Below are positions 39,323-48,885 of a DNA stretch of 64,000 bases, piece by piece. Position numbers and translations under genes: made by a program. The notes beneath the pieces were generated by a model. The model was given only the letters and a program-made list of their open reading frames with translations. It was not told the DNA's origin and did not search any database. This stretch comes from an uncultured Candidatus Rokubacteria bacterium. GTDB taxonomy: Bacteria > Methylomirabilota > Methylomirabilia > Rokubacteriales > CSP1-6. Within the stretch, counting starts at the first letter, position 1, and each line of letters opens with the position of its first letter. Location: contig CAWBMV010000003.1 in assembly GCA_963789955.1 (NCBI GenBank), positions 64,001 to 128,000 of the forward strand, read 5' to 3'.

Positions 39323-41077
39323 TCAGTCAGCAGCGTGAAAGCCGTTCCGCGTCAGCACCCACGTGAGAGTGCCGGTGCTGCTGTGTATGCGCACGGGCTC
39401 CAGGCCGATTGCCCTGAGGAAACGCGGCAGCGCGGGTGCAGCAATCCAGCACAGATGGTAGCCGGGGAGCTGGTCGCGCAGAGCCGCTGTGAAAAATGCG
39501 ACCGCGTCCACTTCCTGTTGCGCTTTGGCCTCCTGCAGGAGCTTATAGCCAGGCGGCAGCGTGCGCGGCACGTAGCGCAGAGCAAAGCTCTCGGCGACGA
39601 TCAACACGTCGGGCCCACGCGCGTTCACGTCACGGTAGAAGCCATGAACCGACGGTACGCCCGGTAGGGCGCCCCAGGGCCGGTGGTCCGGAGGCTGCAA
39701 GCGCGTCACGCGGTACGGGGCCCCCGTGGAGGTGTCGAAGTGGGGCAGGTACCCGGACAATCCGTACGTCTCCACGAGCGTGCCTGGCGGTTGACGCGCG
39801 AGCCAGGCCGATACCGCGCGGCGCCCGTCGGACCACTGGGTGGCGATCAAGGCAGCGCAGTGTAGGGCGGCGGCCACGACGCAGACCGCCAAACCGGCCT
39901 CGATCACTCGTTGCCTCAACGCGCCCCTGGCGATGCGCAGGAGCGCCGCGGCCCCGGCGCCAGCGTAGTAGGTGGCCAAGAAGGCCGCGGGTAACAGGAA
40001 CCGGTGTTCGGCGCGCTTCACCACGAGAGTGAACAGCACCACGCTCGAGAGCGCCATCAACAACGGCATCAGCGGGGCCACGCGGCGCGAGTGCATGGCC
40101 CTCACGCCTGCCGCCACGAGCCCGATCGCACACACCATCAACACGGGTAGCGGCCACCACCACTCGGGCAACATCGCGACCAGATCGTGAATGTTCTGGC
40201 GCAGGCCGAGAAGCGAGTCGTCGTACCACGTCCAGTCCTGGCTGTTGGCTCCCGTCAAGAGCCGAATCCGCGCGACGAACCCAAGCGGATTGAACACGGC
40301 ACCGCTGCTCACCAGGTAAGCCCCGAGAAAGCTGATGACCATCTGGACGAGCTGATTGGTACGGCCGAGCGAAGGCTTTTTGAGCGCCGGCATCAACAAG
40401 AGTGGGAACACCGTCGCGTAGGCCTGATCCTTGGTCGCGATCGCCAACGCACAGAACACACCGAGGAGACGATAGTCACGCAGCGCGGCGCGAGCCGGCT
40501 GGCAAGAGAGCGAATGCCAGCGGTCGAGGCCAAGCGCAACCCACATCAAGTACGGCTCGTCCAGGTTGGAGACGCGCCCGTAGTAGGCCAGGCTGAGGTT
40601 GACCGTGAAGAACAGCGCGGTCCATCGTCCCGCGCGCACGTCCAAGGTGTTGCGCGCGTAGCGCGCAATCAAGAGCAAGGCGAGCGAGCTCATCACTATC
40701 GTCACGAGCTTCACGCAGATCGCGAGTCCGGTCGTCACGGCCACGGACGTGGCGGTGGCGACAAGATGCTCGCCCGAGAGCGACGGTGACAGCACCGGGA
40801 TCAAGAGCAGTGCCGGCAGAGATGCTACGAGCGAGATCACGAAGTGCAGGAGCGGATAGCGAGACGCGCTGCCGGGGACGAGATTGTCGATGATCCCGTC
40901 AAACACTCCGTCCGGCGCAATGCCGTCATTTTCCCAGCCGTGTCCGGGCAAGTCCCACAGGCAGGCGAGGCTCTGGACGAGGGCAAGAACCAGAGCAATC
41001 CGCGTGACGACCTGATCTTCTGCGGCGAGGGTGCGGACGAACTCGAGGATCGAACGGACCGCGCGCCTCATGCTCAT
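39323..41077 (-). CDS. Multi-TM GT-C (ArnT/PMT-like) glycosyltransferase
   Basis: GWENDG loop, RYPLLHF, SNLDEPY, LAIATKDQ, EHRFLLP; many TM helices; coupled to the Ppm1-like gene. Confidence 0.7.
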   Translation of the reverse strand: MSMRRAVRSILEFVRTLAAEDQVVTRIALVLALVQSLACLWDLPGHGWENDGIAPDGVFDGIIDNLVPGSASRYPLLHFVISLVASLPALLLIPVLSPSLSGEHLVATATSVAVTTGLAICVKLVTIVMSSLALLLIARYARNTLDVRAGRWTALFFTVNLSLAYYGRVSNLDEPYLMWVALGLDRWHSLSCQPARAALRDYRLLGVFCALAIATKDQAYATVFPLLLMPALKKPSLGRTNQLVQMVISFLGAYLVSSGAVFNPLGFVARIRLLTGANSQDWTWYDDSLLGLRQNIHDLVAMLPEWWWPLPVLMVCAIGLVAAGVRAMHSRRVAPLMPLLMALSSVVLFTLVVKRAEHRFLLPAAFLATYYAGAGAAALLRIARGALRQRVIEAGLAVCVVAAALHCAALIATQWSDGRRAVSAWLARQPPGTLVETYGLSGYLPHFDTSTGAPYRVTRLQPPDHRPWGALPGVPSVHGFYRDVNARGPDVLIVAESFALRYVPRTLPPGYKLLQEAKAQQEVDAVAFFTAALRDQLPGYHLCWIAAPALPRFLRAIGLEPVRIHSSTGTLTWVLTRNGFHAAD

Positions 41078-41841
41078 CGCCTTCGGTCGAAGAACTGCGA
41101 AAAGCGTATAGACCATACGCGCGTTGCCGCCTCCAACACGACGGCCCACGACATTTTCGAGTGCCCTCGACGGCGGTCTACGAAGACGATCGGCATCTCC
41201 GACACTCTGAATCCGTGGCGAATGGCCCGAAAGGTCAGCTCTATCTGGAAGGCATAGCCCGCAGAGGCCACAGTCGGCAGGCCGATGGCTTGAAGCACCT
41301 CTCTCCGAAAGCACTTGAAGCCGCTCGTCAAATCGCGCACGCCCACGCGCAGGATCGTTCGCGCGTAGAGGTTCGCGCCCAGAGAAATCAACCGCCGCCC
41401 GAGACCCCAGCCCATGGAGCCCCCGCCAGCCACATAGCGCGACCCAATCACGAGGTCGGCGTCCTCCGCGCGCGCGAGCATCTCCGGCAGATATCTCGGG
41501 TCATGGGAGAAATCCGCGTCCATCTCCACCACGAGCTCGTAACCGTCGGACAAGGCGCTGGCGAACGCCGCCAGGTAGGCGCGACCCAAGCCTTCCTTTC
41601 GCGCGCGGTGGAGTACCCTTACGCGCTTTTCACGTGCAGTGATCTCGTCTGCGAGACGTCCTGTCCCATCGGGAGAATTGTCGTCTACGACCAGCACGTC
41701 GACGTCGGACGTCGCCGCGAGGATACCGTTCGTGATGAGGCCGAGGTTGTCGCGTTCGTTATAGGTCGGTAACACGACGAGGACGCGACGGCGTGCAGGG
41801 CGCAAGTGCCGTGCTTCTCGAAGCGGCACGCCAGTGAGCAT
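41074..41841 (-). CDS. Polyprenol monophosphomannose synthase-like GT2 (Ppm1/DPM1)
   Basis: VVLPTYNE, VVDDNSPDGT, KEGLGRAY, MDADFSHDP, DLTSGFKCFRR, GYAFQIE. Confidence 0.9.
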   Translation of the reverse strand: MLTGVPLREARHLRPARRRVLVVLPTYNERDNLGLITNGILAATSDVDVLVVDDNSPDGTGRLADEITAREKRVRVLHRARKEGLGRAYLAAFASALSDGYELVVEMDADFSHDPRYLPEMLARAEDADLVIGSRYVAGGGSMGWGLGRRLISLGANLYARTILRVGVRDLTSGFKCFRREVLQAIGLPTVASAGYAFQIELTFRAIRHGFRVSEMPIVFVDRRRGHSKMSWAVVLEAATRVWSIRFSQFFDRRR

Positions 41842-41883
41842 ACCAGAGGGGGGCGGATGTTACCTTCAACGCCGGGAGGACCT

Positions 41884-42234
41884 ATGGCTATCATCCGCAT
41901 CCACACCGGTTCCGACGGCAAATCACACTTCCAGGAGATCGTGCCAAAGTTCGAGCCGCGCGGCGACAAATCCGAGACCGCCGAGCTGATTCCCGGCAGC
42001 GGGATCATCGTCCGCCGCTTCGAGCCGACGCGATCCAACCCGTGGCACCACGCGCCCGGCCGCTACGCGGTGTTCACCCTCTCGGGCGCGGTCGACATCG
42101 AGATCGGCGACGGCACGGTGCGCCGACTTGGTCCGGGCGATATCTTGATCGCCGAGGACTTGACCGGGCAGGGACACGCGACGCGGGAAGTCGGGCCGGA
42201 GGCGCGGGTGTCGGTGTTCGTGCCGCTGGCGTAG
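41884..42234 (+). CDS. Small cupin-like protein (intact copy 3)
   Basis: MAIIRIHTGSDGKSHF...WHHAPGR..FTLSGAVDIEIGDG...GDILIAEDLTGQGH; GGAGG RBS. Confidence 0.85.
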   Translation: MAIIRIHTGSDGKSHFQEIVPKFEPRGDKSETAELIPGSGIIVRRFEPTRSNPWHHAPGRYAVFTLSGAVDIEIGDGTVRRLGPGDILIAEDLTGQGHATREVGPEARVSVFVPLA

Positions 42235-42277
42235 GTGACAGGAGGTTGGTTGGGCCGTAAAAGGCCGGCAACCGCGA

Positions 42278-44077
42278 TTAGCGAACTTGAGCCGGCCGTG
42301 AGTCCGTGATGGTGAGCGTGATGCTGCCGATGAGCAAATAGCTGCCGGGTCCGGTTTGGTTGTAGACCTGCACGAGGACGGCGCCGGCCGAGAGACCCGG
42401 CGCGGGCCCACTGAGGCTGGTGGTGTTGGTTGGAAACGGCACGGTCAGCGTGGTGCCGCCGACGAGCGTTGTGGCCCTGGCCTGCCCCAACAACGCTCCG
42501 TCGCGTACAAAATTTACGACCGGCCGCCCGAAGCCGTTGTCAGCGAAGCGCTGGCCGTCAATCGTGAAGATTGCCGGACGAGTCGCCAGATCGATTGAAC
42601 TGGGTGTAATGCCCGTCACTTGAAGTGGCCGCGAATCCGTCACGTTGAGCGTGATACCGCCGACCAGCGAATAGCTGCTGGGGCCGGTCTGGTTGTAGAC
42701 CTGCACGAGGACGGCGCCACCGCCCAAGACTCCGAGCAACGGGCCGCTGAGGCTGGTGGCATTGGTTGGGAACGGCACGGTCAGAGTGGTGCTGGCGGCG
42801 AGAGAGTTTGCCCGGGCTTGTCCCAGCAGCACGCCACCGCGGGTGAGGTTCACCACCGGCGCGCCGAACCCAGTGTCCGTGAAGCGCTCGCCGACGACTA
42901 TGAACGTAGCAGGAAGGGGATTCGCAAGATCGAACGAACCGGGGGTGATGCTCGCCACTTGGGCCGGTGGTCCTGAATCCTGAACGTTGAGCGGGGTGCT
43001 GCCGACGAGAAGATAGCTGGTGGGGCCGGTCTGATTGTAGACCTGCACGAGGACGGGTCCGCCCGCCGAAAGCCCAGGTAAGGGGCCTTTGAGGGAGGTG
43101 GCATCAGTCGGGAATGGCACGGTGAGTGTAGATCTGCCTATGAGGGAGTTCGCCCGGGCTTGTCCCAGCAGCACGCCGCCGCGGTTGAAGTTCGCCATCG
43201 GCAGGCCGAAGCCCTTATCGGCGAATCCACCGCCAGCGAAGGTGAATGTAGCCGGGGGAGCGACCAGATCGATTGAATTGGGTGTAAGGCTTCTCACGCA
43301 GAGCGCGCAGGGGCGCATGTCGTTGACGGTGAGCGTGATGCTCCCGACGAGCAAATAACTGTTGGGTCCTGTTTGGTTGTAGACCTGCACGAGGACGGCG
43401 CCGGCGGTCGAGAGGCCGGTCAGTGGGCCCTTGAGGCTGGTGGAGTCAGTCGGGAACGGCACGGTGAGCGAAGTGCCGCCAGTGAGGGAGTTTGCCCGGG
43501 CTTGTCCAACTAGCCGTTCTGCGCGCGTGAAGCTCACCACCGGAAGTCCAAAGCCGGTGTCAGCGAACCGCTGGCCTGTGATGGCAAACGCAGTCGGAAG
43601 TGATTTTGTTAGGTCGAACGAGTCCGGAGTGATGCTCGTTACTCGAGCCGGCGGCCGCGAGTCCTGAACGGTGAGCGGGGCGCTGCCGACGATTAGATAA
43701 CTGGCGGGGCCGGTCTGGTTGTAGACCTGTACGAGGACGGGCTCGCCGGCCGAGAGCCCAGGCCAGGGGCCGCTGACGCTGGTGGCATTGGTCGGGAACG
43801 GCACGGTGAGCGTGGCGCTCGCGGCGAGCGTCAACGCGCGAGCCTGTCCCAGCAGTACGCCGCCGCGGGTGAAGTTTGCCACCGGTAGACCGAAGCCGTT
43901 GTCGACGAAGCCGTCGCCAGCGATGGTGAATGTAGCCGGGGGAGCGATCAGATCGATTGAGCTGGGTGTGAGGCTTCTCACGCAGAGCTCGCAGGGCTGC
44001 GTGTCGTTGACGGCGAGCGCAATGCGGGGAGCCAACGCCAGAAGCGCAACAACCCACAGTCGGAACATCCGATTCAT
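42278..44077 (-). CDS. Secreted protein with five ~112-aa beta-rich (IPT/TIG-like) tandem repeats
   Basis: Signal peptide MNRMFRLWVVALLALA; LLGQARA...LTVPFPT...VLVQVYNQTGP..Y unit occurs 5 times. Confidence 0.8.
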   Translation of the reverse strand: MNRMFRLWVVALLALAPRIALAVNDTQPCELCVRSLTPSSIDLIAPPATFTIAGDGFVDNGFGLPVANFTRGGVLLGQARALTLAASATLTVPFPTNATSVSGPWPGLSAGEPVLVQVYNQTGPASYLIVGSAPLTVQDSRPPARVTSITPDSFDLTKSLPTAFAITGQRFADTGFGLPVVSFTRAERLVGQARANSLTGGTSLTVPFPTDSTSLKGPLTGLSTAGAVLVQVYNQTGPNSYLLVGSITLTVNDMRPCALCVRSLTPNSIDLVAPPATFTFAGGGFADKGFGLPMANFNRGGVLLGQARANSLIGRSTLTVPFPTDATSLKGPLPGLSAGGPVLVQVYNQTGPTSYLLVGSTPLNVQDSGPPAQVASITPGSFDLANPLPATFIVVGERFTDTGFGAPVVNLTRGGVLLGQARANSLAASTTLTVPFPTNATSLSGPLLGVLGGGAVLVQVYNQTGPSSYSLVGGITLNVTDSRPLQVTGITPSSIDLATRPAIFTIDGQRFADNGFGRPVVNFVRDGALLGQARATTLVGGTTLTVPFPTNTTSLSGPAPGLSAGAVLVQVYNQTGPGSYLLIGSITLTITDSRPAQVR

Positions 44078-44283
44078 CGCGCCTTCTCCGGTCTCCGAAG
44101 CGTGCGCGGAACCAATAGTAATGGTGGCGACAAGTGTCAACAATCAGGCGACGCAGAAGTGCGGATGGAGCCACGGGTTTTGCGCGATCCAGTGAAGCTC
44201 GCTTGCTCTAGGACCGCAGCGGGGAAGATCTAATCGTGCGGCAGCGCGTGTCGATGTTCGCCCCGTTGCGCTAGCGGTACGCG

Positions 44284-46194
44284 CTAGTCAATCGGGAAAG
44301 AGATGCTCGTGTAGCCGCCGGTATTGGCGAAAGAGCCGCTGGGCTGATCGGCGGTGTCGCCGGAATTCCGGACCCAGACGCCGACGGCGGAATTGGGGTT
44401 GGTTCTGCTCGGGGTCCAGATGACCGTGGAGCCGGTGGACCAATCGCTCAGCACAGTCCAGGTAGCGCCGTCCGAGATCCACCACTTGAACTGATACGGA
44501 GCGACGCCGCCCGTCGCGGCTGTCGTGAACGTGACGGGGAGGCCCGGTGGTTGGGGCGCGGCGAGGTTGGCCGTTAGACCGGTCAAGATCGGGAGCGACG
44601 CCTGAATCGGGAAAGGGATGCTCGTGTAGCCGCCGGTATTGGCGAAGGAGCCGCTGGGCTGATCGGCGGCGTCGCCGGCATTCCGGACCCAGACGCCGAC
44701 AGCGGAATTGGAGTTTGGCCCGCTCGAAGTCCAGGCAACCGTTGCGCTGGTGGACCAGTCCCTCAGCACGGTCCAGGTAACGCCGTCCGAGACCCACCAC
44801 TTGAACTGATAGGGCGCGAGGCCACCAGTTGCGGCGGTCGTGAACGTGACAGTGGAGCCCGGTGGCTGGGGCGCGGCGCGGTTCGCCGTCAGGCTGGTCA
44901 AGGTGGGGAGCGACGCCTGAATCGGGAAAGCGATGCTCATGGAGCCGGCGGTATTGGCGAAGGAGCCACTGGGCTGATCGGCGGTTTCGCCGGCGCTCCG
45001 CACCCAGACGCCGACCGCAGAGTTGGGGTTGGGCGTGCTTGGGGTCCACGCGAAGGTGCCGCTCGTGGACCAGTCCCTCGCTATGGCCCACGTCGTACCG
45101 TTGAAAAGCCACCACTTGAACTGATACGGCGCGGTGCCGGCAGTCGCGGTCGCGGTGAACGTGATGGTGGAGCCCGGCGACTGCGGTGAGGCGAGGTTCG
45201 CGGTCAGCCCCGTCAAGCTCGCGAACGTCGCCTGAATCGGGAAGGCGATGGTCATGGAGCCGGCGGGATTGGCGAAGGAGCCACTGGGCTGATCGGCGGT
45301 CTCGCCGGCGCTCCGGACCCAGACGCCAACAGCGAAGTTGGGATTGGGCGCGCTCGGGGTCCACGCGAAGGTGTTGCTCGTCGACCAGTCTCTCGCTATG
45401 GCCCAGGCCGTCCCGTCAAACAGCCACCACTTGAACTGATACGGTGCAGTGCCGGAGGTTGCGGTGGCGGTGAACGTGATGGTGGAGCCCGGCGACTGCG
45501 GCGCGGCGCGGTTCGCGGTCAGATTCGTGAGCGTCGCCGCGCCGGTGCCGGTACCCGACGCGGTCTGCGAGATCGTGTCGCCGTCCGCGGTAATGACCAC
45601 GTTTGCAGTAGCGGTCGCGACCGTCGTCGGGCTGAAGCGCACGGTCACTGTCTGGGTTGCGTTCAAGCCGACGAGATTGAACGGACTGCCGGAAACGACG
45701 CTGAACGGTGCGGGAACCGACACGGCCCCGGAAACGGTCCCACCGATTATGTTCTGCACCGTGAAGGTCTGGTCAGCGAATGCGCCCAAGGCAACGCCGC
45801 CAAAATTCATGGGGCCGCCCGGGCTCACTATAAAACTGCTTCGCGCGGCGGCGGCGACCGCCGTCGAGCACGCGCTCTCGTTGCCGCCGAAATCTACCGC
45901 CGTGACAGCCACGAAATACGTTGTGCCATTCTTGAGTCCGGTCAGCTTGAACGTCGCGCTCTGATTCGCCTGTGGCGTCGCGGTGGGGGATGCCATTTGA
46001 AAAACAAAGGGTCCCGGGCACGGCGTGCCACCGTTCGAGTAATAGATTCGAAACAACGCAAGATCGGTTAGCGGAGTGCCGTCGGAATTGGTCGTCGGCA
46101 ACGTCCAGGACGCGTCGAGTACTCCAGCGCGTGCCGAGCTCGTAGAGAGCAGAAGAAGTGCTACGACCAGGCCGAAAGTCAGGCTTCGCCGCAT
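44284..46194 (-). CDS. Secreted protein: FN3 domain, ASH/choice-of-anchor-D-like domain and four 105-aa Y_Y_Y-like repeats
   Basis: Signal peptide; LTGLKNGTTYFVAVTAVDFGGNES; NFGGV..ADQTFTVQN; APYQFKWW..DWSTS..VGVWVR four times at a 315-nt period. Confidence 0.8.
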   Translation of the reverse strand: MRRSLTFGLVVALLLLSTSSARAGVLDASWTLPTTNSDGTPLTDLALFRIYYSNGGTPCPGPFVFQMASPTATPQANQSATFKLTGLKNGTTYFVAVTAVDFGGNESACSTAVAAAARSSFIVSPGGPMNFGGVALGAFADQTFTVQNIIGGTVSGAVSVPAPFSVVSGSPFNLVGLNATQTVTVRFSPTTVATATANVVITADGDTISQTASGTGTGAATLTNLTANRAAPQSPGSTITFTATATSGTAPYQFKWWLFDGTAWAIARDWSTSNTFAWTPSAPNPNFAVGVWVRSAGETADQPSGSFANPAGSMTIAFPIQATFASLTGLTANLASPQSPGSTITFTATATAGTAPYQFKWWLFNGTTWAIARDWSTSGTFAWTPSTPNPNSAVGVWVRSAGETADQPSGSFANTAGSMSIAFPIQASLPTLTSLTANRAAPQPPGSTVTFTTAATGGLAPYQFKWWVSDGVTWTVLRDWSTSATVAWTSSGPNSNSAVGVWVRNAGDAADQPSGSFANTGGYTSIPFPIQASLPILTGLTANLAAPQPPGLPVTFTTAATGGVAPYQFKWWISDGATWTVLSDWSTGSTVIWTPSRTNPNSAVGVWVRNSGDTADQPSGSFANTGGYTSISFPID

Positions 46195-46585
46195 GAACGC
46201 GGAGCGCAAGGTGCACAGGCCCTGCCAATTGAGCGTTGTTCCGTCGAAAGGCACTTAAGTGGGTACGATCCTGTGAAAGGTCGCTCGTCTCATTGGGCGC
46301 GATCGCTGTCCGCGCCTCACCCGAAAGTGTCAGGTATCTGTCACTTGCGACAGGACGCCAACAGTGGCGCCGCAAAGATTGAAACGTTTCGGGGGGCGCT
46401 GTCAAGCCGGGAATTACCCGAGCCCGCCGCATTCCTCCGGCGTCGTACGAGATGTCGCGAGACTCGCGCTCGATTCCGGAGTTTAGCGCGCTGGCGGCGG
46501 TTGTGGATAAGTACGACTAGGCTGCGTTCTTTATTTGAAAAGCCACAAATATCAAGCTCGGTTGCGCACCCGTCAGCGTCCCGAC

Positions 46586-47527
46586 TCAGCGGGCTGAGTC
46601 GCAACTCTCTTCGCGCAGCCAGTTGAGAGTTCGAGCGAGCCCCTCGATGAATGGGATGGTCGGGGCCCAGCCGAGGATATCGCGTGCCCGTTTTATGTCG
46701 AGAACGTTGGAGGGCACGTCGAAGCTACGCGCAGGTTTGTGGACGCGCGTCACGGGTCGTCCGAGCAGCTGTTCGATCGCGGCGAGAATCTCGTTCAGGC
46801 TTCGTCCCTGGCCCGAACCGATATTGAAGACTCGCTGCCCGCCGTCGTGGCTGAGCGCGCGGAGAAACGCGTCCACGACGTCCTTGATGTAGATGTAGTC
46901 GCGCCTCACGCTCCCATCGCCCCAGATCTCGATCGTCTCTCCGTGCAGCGCCTTGTGAAGAAACACGGTGACGGCGCCCTGCGCGGCCGCGACCCTCTGG
47001 CGCTCGCCGAATGGGTTCGCCAGGCGAAGCACGCAATAGTCGACGCCGTAGAGCGCCGAGTACATGTGGAGATACTTCTCGATGGCGAGCTTCGTGATGC
47101 CGTACGAGACAATCGGGTCGGTCGGATGGGTTTCGGCGATCGGGTCGGATAGGGTTGCCCCGTATACCGTGCCGCCCGACGAGACGAAGATGATCTTCCT
47201 GACGGCAGCAGCCTTCGCCAGATCGAGGAGCCGCAGACTCCCGATCAAATTCGTCTGCACATCGTAGATCGGATTGTCGTTCGACGATCGCGGCAGCGTC
47301 GTGTAGGCGAGGTGGAATATCGCGTCACAGCCCGGGAGGATGCGCGACACGTCCTCTTCGTTGGTGAAGTCGCCTTCGAGCCATTCCACTCGGGGGTCCG
47401 TCGCGAGGATGGAGGGGCGGATCACGTTCGGCCGATCGAATATTCGTACGTGATGCCCGGCCTGCAAAAGGCCCTCGGCGAGATGCGAACCAATGAATCC
47501 GGCGCCACCCAGGATCAGGCACTTCAT
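46586..47527 (-). CDS. NAD-dependent epimerase/dehydratase (UDP-glucose 4-epimerase-like)
   Basis: GGAGFIGSHL, SSGGTVYG, YGITK, GDGSVRRDYIY. Confidence 0.92.
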   Translation of the reverse strand: MKCLILGGAGFIGSHLAEGLLQAGHHVRIFDRPNVIRPSILATDPRVEWLEGDFTNEEDVSRILPGCDAIFHLAYTTLPRSSNDNPIYDVQTNLIGSLRLLDLAKAAAVRKIIFVSSGGTVYGATLSDPIAETHPTDPIVSYGITKLAIEKYLHMYSALYGVDYCVLRLANPFGERQRVAAAQGAVTVFLHKALHGETIEIWGDGSVRRDYIYIKDVVDAFLRALSHDGGQRVFNIGSGQGRSLNEILAAIEQLLGRPVTRVHKPARSFDVPSNVLDIKRARDILGWAPTIPFIEGLARTLNWLREESCDSAR

Positions 47528-48885
47528 GCGCGAGCCGCCCGGCCGTCGAGGAGAGAGCGGTAGACGGCGATGAGCTCCTCGACATAGACCGACATGGGCT
47601 TCGGGGTCCGCGCTCGTCGGGATAGCTGGGCCAGCAGGGTGCGGTCTCCGGCGAGTCTCGCGAGACTCAGTGCGAGCTGCCGCGCGTCTCCGGTCGGAAA
47701 GAGCAGCCCGTTGTCCTCGTGCGTCACGACCTCGGATACGCCCCCGACGTCGGACCCGATGATCGGACATCCAGCGGCCTGAGCCGAATAGACGACAAGT
47801 GGGGTGTTCTCGACCCATACCGAAGGCACGACCAACACGTCCATCTGCGCAAGGATCAGTCCGATCTGATCGTTGGGGAAGGTGCCGAGAAACTCCACGC
47901 GGCGATCGCGTTGCGCGAGTTGTCGCAGCCCAAGAGCGTAGTCGGCGGAATCCGCCTCTCGTCCATAGATCAGGACACGGATGTTCAGCTCCGGAAGCAA
48001 GCGTATCGCCTCGAGCAAGACGTGAGCGCCCTTGACGTGGGCGAGCGTTCCAATGAAACCGACCCGTAGGGCGTCAGGAGCCGTCGTGCGCGGCGCCACC
48101 GCGGCTGGCAGCTCAATTCCGTATGGGCAATACATCAGGCGTGAGGCATCCAGACCACACCGCTCAAGCGTGGCAAGCATCATCTTGGTAGGGGCGAGGA
48201 TCCGGTCGATTTGTCTCAGCCGGCTGAGCACAAAGTGCGGGCGCCTGCTCAGGGCATCGACGTGGCGGGCCGCTTGGAATCGAGCGAGAGGCCTCCGTGA
48301 CGAGCGTCGAGCGAGGGCCGCCAGGACACCCTCCGGAAGCAGATTGACCAGCGTGGCCGGCGCGCCCGGTTTCCTGATCGAAACGATGTGCCGGAGGCAA
48401 TTGATTCCGTTCTCGCTGGGCCCCCCGCAGAAGCTGCCGTCCGGGAGGCGCAGGTGAACGGTTGGACACATGAACCAGAAATCGGTGGGTGTCAGAACCA
48501 TGGGTAACAGGTGCCTGGCGCAGACGTCGACGATCGAAGCCGACAAGCGCATCAGGTGAAAGAAGTGTACGACGTCGGGCCGGTAGACGTCGAGCAGGCG
48601 GTCGAAGTACTCAGCGACCAGCAAGTTGTTGTATTCGGATTCGACGAAATTGTCCTGGCTTCCCATCGGTGTCGCGGACCGCTTGAAGCGGTCTACCTGG
48701 ATACCGCGATACTCATACTGATCGAAGCGTTCGTGGTCTGACAATGCCGTCCGAGCAGGGTACCCGGTGACGATCCGGACGGTATGACCGCGTTCCTTCA
48801 GCGCCAAGGCCGACGTCAACGTCAGAACCTCCGTACCGGTCGAATGCTCGGGCAGAAATTGATGGACAGTCAGAAGGATCCGCAT
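47524..48885 (-). CDS. Glycosyltransferase family 4
   Basis: HQFLPEHSTGTE, FIGTL..VKG, PSVWVENTPLV. Confidence 0.88.
   Translation of the reverse strand: MRILLTVHQFLPEHSTGTEVLTLTSALALKERGHTVRIVTGYPARTALSDHERFDQYEYRGIQVDRFKRSATPMGSQDNFVESEYNNLLVAEYFDRLLDVYRPDVVHFFHLMRLSASIVDVCARHLLPMVLTPTDFWFMCPTVHLRLPDGSFCGGPSENGINCLRHIVSIRKPGAPATLVNLLPEGVLAALARRSSRRPLARFQAARHVDALSRRPHFVLSRLRQIDRILAPTKMMLATLERCGLDASRLMYCPYGIELPAAVAPRTTAPDALRVGFIGTLAHVKGAHVLLEAIRLLPELNIRVLIYGREADSADYALGLRQLAQRDRRVEFLGTFPNDQIGLILAQMDVLVVPSVWVENTPLVVYSAQAAGCPIIGSDVGGVSEVVTHEDNGLLFPTGDARQLALSLARLAGDRTLLAQLSRRARTPKPMSVYVEELIAVYRSLLDGRAARA

Noticed and set aside
42278..45540. Regular DNA repeats that could be taken for a CRISPR or non-coding array
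   Set aside because: Periods of 315-343 nt lie in frame within ORFs that have signal peptides; they are protein domain repeats, and no cas genes are present
46502..46510. Perfect DnaA box (TTATCCACA on the minus strand)
   Set aside because: Single copy with no box cluster, unwinding element or dnaA context; not evidence of an origin
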